A stretch of 63,907 nt of DNA, counting the filler, from Thermoplasmatota archaeon (GTDB lineage Archaea; Thermoplasmatota; E2; JACPAO01; JAHFTW01), in the NCBI GenBank assembly GCA_041623215.1. It is 10 parts of 10 records of this genome, joined end to end, with 100 filler letters (N's around TTAATTAATTAA, not from the genome) between each part and the next. Parts side by side here need not be neighbours in the genome. Positions count along the whole stretch, not along the records: positions 58,064 to 63,907 come from JBFJXH010000107.1; 9 more parts are not named here. One strand, given 5' to 3'. The position numbers were made by a program, and so were the translations under genes. The stretch's first letter is position 1, and every line of letters begins with the position of its first letter. Under the pieces are notes generated by a model. The model was not told where the DNA came from. It searched no databases and saw only the letters and a program-made list of their open reading frames with translations. Of this stretch, positions 59,102-63,907 are shown piece by piece.

Positions 59102-60259
59102 GTGCGCCAAGAGGGCTTGCCTGCATCCGAAGTGGAAGCAGCGCTGGCCCGGGCGCGGGGCGAGGATTTCTCGCTTGCCGAGGGCACCATCCTTGGCTCC
59201 ATGTGCACGGCGCCTCATGCCGTAGCTCGCGCTGCCCACGACGCCTTCCTGGAGACCAATCTCGGGGACCCGGCGCATTTTCCTGGAACCGCCCGTCTCG
59301 AGCGGGAAGTCCTTGCGGATATGGCCGCCCTGCTGCATGCCCCCCCCGGCTCCGAAGGTCGGTACCTGACCGGCGGAACCGAAGCAAATCTTCTTGCCCT
59401 TCACTTGGCGCGCGAAGCCACGGGGAAGCGGCAAGTGGTCTTGCCTGATTCGGGCCACTTCAGCTTTGAAAAAGCTGCGCGCCTGCTGGAAATGGAACTG
59501 GTGTGGGTGCCGACGCTGCCGTCCGGCCACGCCGATGTGGATGCCATGGCGGCTGCCGTTAGTGATGAGACGGCGGTCATGGTCGCCGTTGCCGGTACCA
59601 CTGAATTGGGCCTCATTGACGATGTTCCCGCACTATCCAAAGTGGCGTCCAGGGCTGGGGTGCGCCTGCACGTTGATGCCGCGTTCGGGGGCTACATCTT
59701 GCCGTTTCTGGAAGCTGCGGGCCGGCCGCCCGCGCCGTTTGATTTCGCGTTGCATGGCGTTACAACGTTGGCGCTGGACCCGCACAAGATGGGCATGAGC
59801 ACCATACCGGGCGGGGCGCTATTTGCGCGCGAGGCGGCTGATTGGCAAGCACTCGCCGTCGAGACGCCCTACGTCAGCACCCAAACCCAAGCGAGCCTGA
59901 TGGGCACGCGGCCCGGCGCGGCCGTCGCGGCGTGTTGGGCGGTGCACCAGCACCTTGGCCGCCAGGGCTTTGCCAGCAACGCAGCTCGAGTGCTTGGCGA
60001 CGCGGCCTGGCTGGCAGACCAACTAACCAGGCGCGGTCTGGAATTGGTTGCCAAGCCGGAGCTCAACGTCGTCACGTTCCGGGCGCCCAAGCACGCGGGC
60101 AGCGCCGAGGACTTGGCGGCGGGCCTTGAGAAATCAGGCTTCCGCGTCAATGTTGTTCCCCGCTTCGACGCCATTCGAATTGTCGTCATGCCCCACGTTC
60201 AACGCCCATCGCTTGAAGCGCTTCTAGCCGCCCTCGACAAGATTTTGGTGGCTGCATGA
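59102..60259 (+). CDS. mfnA: Tyrosine/aspartate decarboxylase (group II PLP)
   Basis: ILGSMCT.PH, TNLGDP..FPG, GGTEAN, HFSFEKA, HVDAAFGG, DPHKMG, GTRPG. Confidence 0.9.
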   Translation: MRQEGLPASEVEAALARARGEDFSLAEGTILGSMCTAPHAVARAAHDAFLETNLGDPAHFPGTARLEREVLADMAALLHAPPGSEGRYLTGGTEANLLALHLAREATGKRQVVLPDSGHFSFEKAARLLEMELVWVPTLPSGHADVDAMAAAVSDETAVMVAVAGTTELGLIDDVPALSKVASRAGVRLHVDAAFGGYILPFLEAAGRPPAPFDFALHGVTTLALDPHKMGMSTIPGGALFAREAADWQALAVETPYVSTQTQASLMGTRPGAAVAACWAVHQHLGRQGFASNAARVLGDAAWLADQLTRRGLELVAKPELNVVTFRAPKHAGSAEDLAAGLEKSGFRVNVVPRFDAIRIVVMPHVQRPSLEALLAALDKILVAA

Positions 60260-60999
60260 ACCGCCCTGGCGACGCCCCAGACAAGGAGGACCCACATGGC
60301 GGGGCGTCGACGAATGGGGCGAGTGGCGCGAAAGATTGGCGCCGCGACCCGCACCGACGCGACCCAATCGATTGGTCGCTTGAATCGTCGCCGGTCATTG
60401 ACAAGGGTGGCTACGGCTACCTGATTCATCCTCTAACGGACGGCGTGCCCCGCTGCCCCCCTGAACTCCTAGTGGCATGGCAAGAGTGGGCCATGAGTCA
60501 ATCGGACCTCGTTGAGGATGCCACGGTACTGGTGGCCCCCGAGGCAATGGCGTTGCCGCTGGCTGCTATTCTCGGGGTGGCCGCCGACCGACCCTATGTC
60601 GTCGTGAGAAAACGGGCGTATGACTTGCCTGGCGAACTCGTCGCGCATGCAGAAACGGGGTACGCGGGCAATACTTTGCACCTAAACGATGTCTTCGAAG
60701 ATGACCGCGTCCTGGTCATTGATGATGTTCTTTCCACCGGCGGCACCCTAGAATCTCTGTTGGAGACCGTCATGCAAACGGGCGCCACACTGGTCGGGAC
60801 CTTGGTGTTTCTCGAGAAGGGCGGCGGCCGAGCCAAACAACGCATCGCCGACCGCTTTGATGCGCCCATTCGGGTGATGCGGCGCGCCCGGGTTGAAGGC
60901 GATCGCGTTCGTGTGTTGCCCGTCGAAGGCAGCCGAGCGGACAAGGCACGGGGCGTCCGCCAGTCGCGGGCCGCCAAGTCCGATTCCGACCCCTTATGA
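60256..60999 (+). CDS. hpt: Hypoxanthine/guanine phosphoribosyltransferase
   Basis: Y.IHPLTDGVP, EAMALP, RKR.Y.LPGE, IDDVLSTGGT. Confidence 0.88.
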   Translation: MNRPGDAPDKEDPHGGASTNGASGAKDWRRDPHRRDPIDWSLESSPVIDKGGYGYLIHPLTDGVPRCPPELLVAWQEWAMSQSDLVEDATVLVAPEAMALPLAAILGVAADRPYVVVRKRAYDLPGELVAHAETGYAGNTLHLNDVFEDDRVLVIDDVLSTGGTLESLLETVMQTGATLVGTLVFLEKGGGRAKQRIADRFDAPIRVMRRARVEGDRVRVLPVEGSRADKARGVRQSRAAKSDSDPL

Positions 61000-61020
61000 G
61001 GTGCAACGACGAAACCCTGG

Positions 61021-61854
61021 TTGGTGCCGTCGTCCTCACGTCCTCGTCCGCCCGCCGTCTTCCTGCGCAAACTCGTCAAAGCCTACGAAGTGGGTGATGA
61101 GTTTGTGCCGGTGCTCAAGGGCATCAATTTGGACGTTCAGCACGGCGAATTTCTAAGCGTCATGGGGTCAAGCGGCAGCGGCAAATCGACGCTGTTGAAC
61201 ATGGTGGGACTGCTCGATACTCCCACGCAGGGGCTGGTCATTATCGACGGCCGGCGGGCCTCCACTTTGACCGCGGACGAACGTGCTTTCCTTCGCCGCG
61301 ACAAATTGGGGTTCATCTTTCAGAGCTTCAACCTGATGCCGCGACAAACCGCGCTGCAAAACGTGATGCTGCCCTTGGCCCTGGCACGAGTCCGGCGGGC
61401 AGATCGAGAGCAGCGAGCGCGGAAGCTGCTGGAAGCGGTTGGCATTGGCGACCGCATTGGCCACATCCCAGCCAAGTTGTCTGGTGGCCAGCGACAACGC
61501 GTAGCTATTGCGCGAGCTCTGGCGCTCGACCCACCCATTTTGCTCGCCGATGAGCCAACGGGCAACCTGGACTCCAAGACCAGCAAGGAGATTATGGCGC
61601 TGTTTCGGCGCCTGCACCAGAGTGGCCGAACCATTATCCAAGTAACACATGAATTAGAGATGGCCCGTCACGGCTCGCGCATTGTGACGCTCGCCGACGG
61701 CCGCATCGTCCGCGACGTGCGAAAGCCACCGAGCAAGCGTGACGACGGAAATCCCGCCGCGCCCCTGCCCACGCCTCCTGCCCCTGCCCCGACGCCCAAG
61801 CCTGCCATGGGGCGCATCCAGGCGGCCCGGAACTCATCGGGGGTGCCAACGTGA
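61021..61854 (+). CDS. ABC transporter ATP-binding protein (MacB/LolD-like)
   Basis: [33 protein letters not shown]. Confidence 0.95.
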   Translation: MVPSSSRPRPPAVFLRKLVKAYEVGDEFVPVLKGINLDVQHGEFLSVMGSSGSGKSTLLNMVGLLDTPTQGLVIIDGRRASTLTADERAFLRRDKLGFIFQSFNLMPRQTALQNVMLPLALARVRRADREQRARKLLEAVGIGDRIGHIPAKLSGGQRQRVAIARALALDPPILLADEPTGNLDSKTSKEIMALFRRLHQSGRTIIQVTHELEMARHGSRIVTLADGRIVRDVRKPPSKRDDGNPAAPLPTPPAPAPTPKPAMGRIQAARNSSGVPT

Positions 61855-63134
61855 CGAAGCGTAGACGCGCCAAGTCAGGGTTTCTCGGCGAAGCGCTTCG
61901 CATGGCCACCGCCTCCTTGTGGAGCCACAAAGGCCGGACCGTACTCACCATCATTGGCGTCGTCATCGGCACCGGCAGCGTCATCGCAGTCACCGGCCTT
62001 GGCGCCGCGTTCGAAGCTAGCATTACCAGTCAATTCGACTCGGTTGACGCAACCAGTATCTTCGTCACCGCCACCCAGGATGGCCCCCAAAATGGACCAC
62101 CCGATGCAGGGCAATTTGGCACCATCTTCACAGCGGTGGACCGGCAGGCGCTAGAGGCGTTACCCGGCGTTGCGCGCGTCGAAGCCAGCGGAACGGTTCC
62201 CGTATCTGGTCTGACCATCGGCAGCACCACCCTGCCGTTTCGCTCGTTGACTGCCACGCAAGTCGATAGCACCGACGTGCGAAACCCCGCCGATTACGCG
62301 GGGGGTTCGGTGTTTGCTGCCGGCCGAGAAGAGGCGGTCCTAGGCGCCGATATCGCCGACATCCTAGAGATTGGCGTCGGCGACATGCTCGGCATCAATC
62401 GCCCTGATGGCACCACCATCAATGCAACCGTGACCGGCATCCTTGCGCGCGATGAATCGCTCTTTGGCACCCGTAATGGCCAGGTCTACGTGCCCGTGGA
62501 CCCTTTCCATGACACGCGCATTCGCAGCCCCAGCACCGGGCAACAAGTGCCGGTCTTCGACGGCTTCACCGTGGTGGCCGTGGACGCCGTAACCACGGCC
62601 CGCGTCCAGGATGGCGTGGCGGACTACTTCGGCGAAGGCCGAGGCAGTGACGCCGACCGATTGCGCACGACCGGCATTGTCATTGCTGTGGCAACCGCCA
62701 GCGACATCACCCAACAAATCAGTGCTAGCTTCGACCAGGCCACGGTATTCATTGCCGCGATTGCGGCCACCAGCTTGCTCGTCGGGGGCATCATGATTGG
62801 CACCATCATGCTCATCAACGTCACCGAGCGAACCCGCGAAATTGGCGTCCTGAAGGCGCTTGGGGCGCGCGACCGTGAGGTGCTGCAAATGTTCCTTCTT
62901 GAGGCCGCCATTATTGGCCTCGTGGGCAGCCTCCTGGGAGCCGTTGTCGGCCTGGTGGGTGGCTACGCGCTTACCGAGGGCCTGTTCGGCGACCAAGACG
63001 TCTCCTTCGTGCCGGCCTACGATTGGCTGGTCATTGGCATCTCGGTCGGGACCTTGACGGGGGTCATCGCGGGTCTGTTGCCGGCCAGGCGCGCCACCAA
63101 AGTGCAGCCTGTGGTCGCATTATCCTATGAATAG
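61851..63134 (+). CDS. ABC transporter permease (MacB/FtsX-like)
   Basis: RTVLTIIGVVIG, VTERTREIG..KALGA, PARRA. Confidence 0.95.
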   Translation: MTKRRRAKSGFLGEALRMATASLWSHKGRTVLTIIGVVIGTGSVIAVTGLGAAFEASITSQFDSVDATSIFVTATQDGPQNGPPDAGQFGTIFTAVDRQALEALPGVARVEASGTVPVSGLTIGSTTLPFRSLTATQVDSTDVRNPADYAGGSVFAAGREEAVLGADIADILEIGVGDMLGINRPDGTTINATVTGILARDESLFGTRNGQVYVPVDPFHDTRIRSPSTGQQVPVFDGFTVVAVDAVTTARVQDGVADYFGEGRGSDADRLRTTGIVIAVATASDITQQISASFDQATVFIAAIAATSLLVGGIMIGTIMLINVTERTREIGVLKALGARDREVLQMFLLEAAIIGLVGSLLGAVVGLVGGYALTEGLFGDQDVSFVPAYDWLVIGISVGTLTGVIAGLLPARRATKVQPVVALSYE

Positions 63135-63188
63135 CGCCATGCCAAGAATTAAGCACGCCCGCCCCCCTCGCCGCACTTGGTAGGGCCC

Positions 63189-63542
63189 ATGAACTCACTG
63201 CTCAAACTATCCCTTTCCCTCGGCATCGCCTTCGGTTTGCTCGCTGCCCCGGTCAGCGGAACAACGGTCCCCGTTGACACCCCCGATGAACGATATTACT
63301 TCGAGGTGGAAACCAACCAATGGTGGCGCGAAACCAACGGGTCGTGCAATCCGGACGGCCTCGACAAGCAAGGTGGGAGTTACCAGGGCAGTCCGTGCTC
63401 GGCCGACGAAAGGGTCGACCCGACGGATGCGTGCGGGCACGACTTCGTTTACCCTGCATCGGTGTGTACCAATTCCCGCGGCGTTTGCATCAGTTCCAAG
63501 AACCTTCGACGCTGCGTTTCTACGCCGGTGATTCTGTTCTAA
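63189..63542 (+). CDS. Small secreted Cys-rich protein
   Basis: Signal peptide, 6 Cys, own TTAAG box upstream. Confidence 0.65.
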   Translation: MNSLLKLSLSLGIAFGLLAAPVSGTTVPVDTPDERYYFEVETNQWWRETNGSCNPDGLDKQGGSYQGSPCSADERVDPTDACGHDFVYPASVCTNSRGVCISSKNLRRCVSTPVILF

Positions 63543-63584
63543 TTGGCCCCCAAACCTTTTCTGTAACTGGGCCCGGGCCGGCCC

Positions 63585-63907
63585 GTGGAGCTCTACGGCT
63601 ACGACCTGGACTTCGAGACGCTGTTGCCGCGCATTCGTGAAGAACACCCTGGCTTGGAGCTCATTGGCCTCCAGTTCCCGGATGGCCTTCGTGACCACGC
63701 CACCGAGATTGCTGACCTCGTCGCGGAAGGTACGGGAGCCCTGCCGGTCATCAGCGCCGACCCCTGTTACGGTGCCTGCGACCTTTGCGACGACGAGATG
63801 GCAAAGCTCGGCGTGACGGTGCTGCTGCACTTTGGCCACACGCAAATGCCAAGCGTTCCCACCAAGCACGGCGTGACGGTCTACTTCGTCCCCGCCCGCA
63901 GCACCCA
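63585..63907 (+). CDS. dph2: Diphthamide biosynthesis radical-SAM enzyme Dph2 (3' truncated)
   Basis: Manual translation: IGLQFPDGL, ADPCYGACD, LHFGH. Confidence 0.93.
   Translation, partial: MELYGYDLDFETLLPRIREEHPGLELIGLQFPDGLRDHATEIADLVAEGTGALPVISADPCYGACDLCDDEMAKLGVTVLLHFGHTQMPSVPTKHGVTVYFVPARST

Overview
This window is not contiguous. It is ten ~5.8-6.6 kb contigs in strictly decreasing length order, joined by 100-nt N/TTAATTAATTAA/N spacers, so gene adjacency means something only within a contig. The DNA is GC-rich and archaeal: CDP-archaeol synthase, Hef, aRF1, Dph2, XPD, a C1:G72 tRNA-Tyr, archaeal RNase P RNA and TATA-like boxes before apparently leaderless genes. A non-acidophilic Thermoplasmatota MAG is the most plausible source (inference). 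Most content is housekeeping: an EtfABCX/FixABCX operon, Nfo, GcvH, LipB, methylmalonyl-CoA mutase, CcmF, thiolase, MfnA, Hpt, a MacB-type ABC transporter, 4 tRNAs, RNase P RNA, the 23S 3' end and 5S rRNA, plus many lipoproteins and surface proteins. The best novelty candidates are: (1) a DNA-maintenance contig with a stand-alone serine recombinase flanked by an ORB-like box and a 34-bp palindrome, a 22-aa sORF, and a HerA fused to an EndoIII-type 4Fe-4S module; (2) a dead-SF2/UPF1-like helicase fusion; (3) a His-rich duplicated-domain lipoprotein coupled to a cupredoxin; (4) an EtfA with a tethered C-terminal ferredoxin; (5) a possibly circularly permuted Omp28/thioredoxin coupled to CcmF; (6) an apparent gene-accretion locus at the mutase 5' end; (7) paralogous membrane-sensor/TerB-like and dead-PAP2/GT-C fusions. 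All calls come from motif reading by eye; no searches were run.
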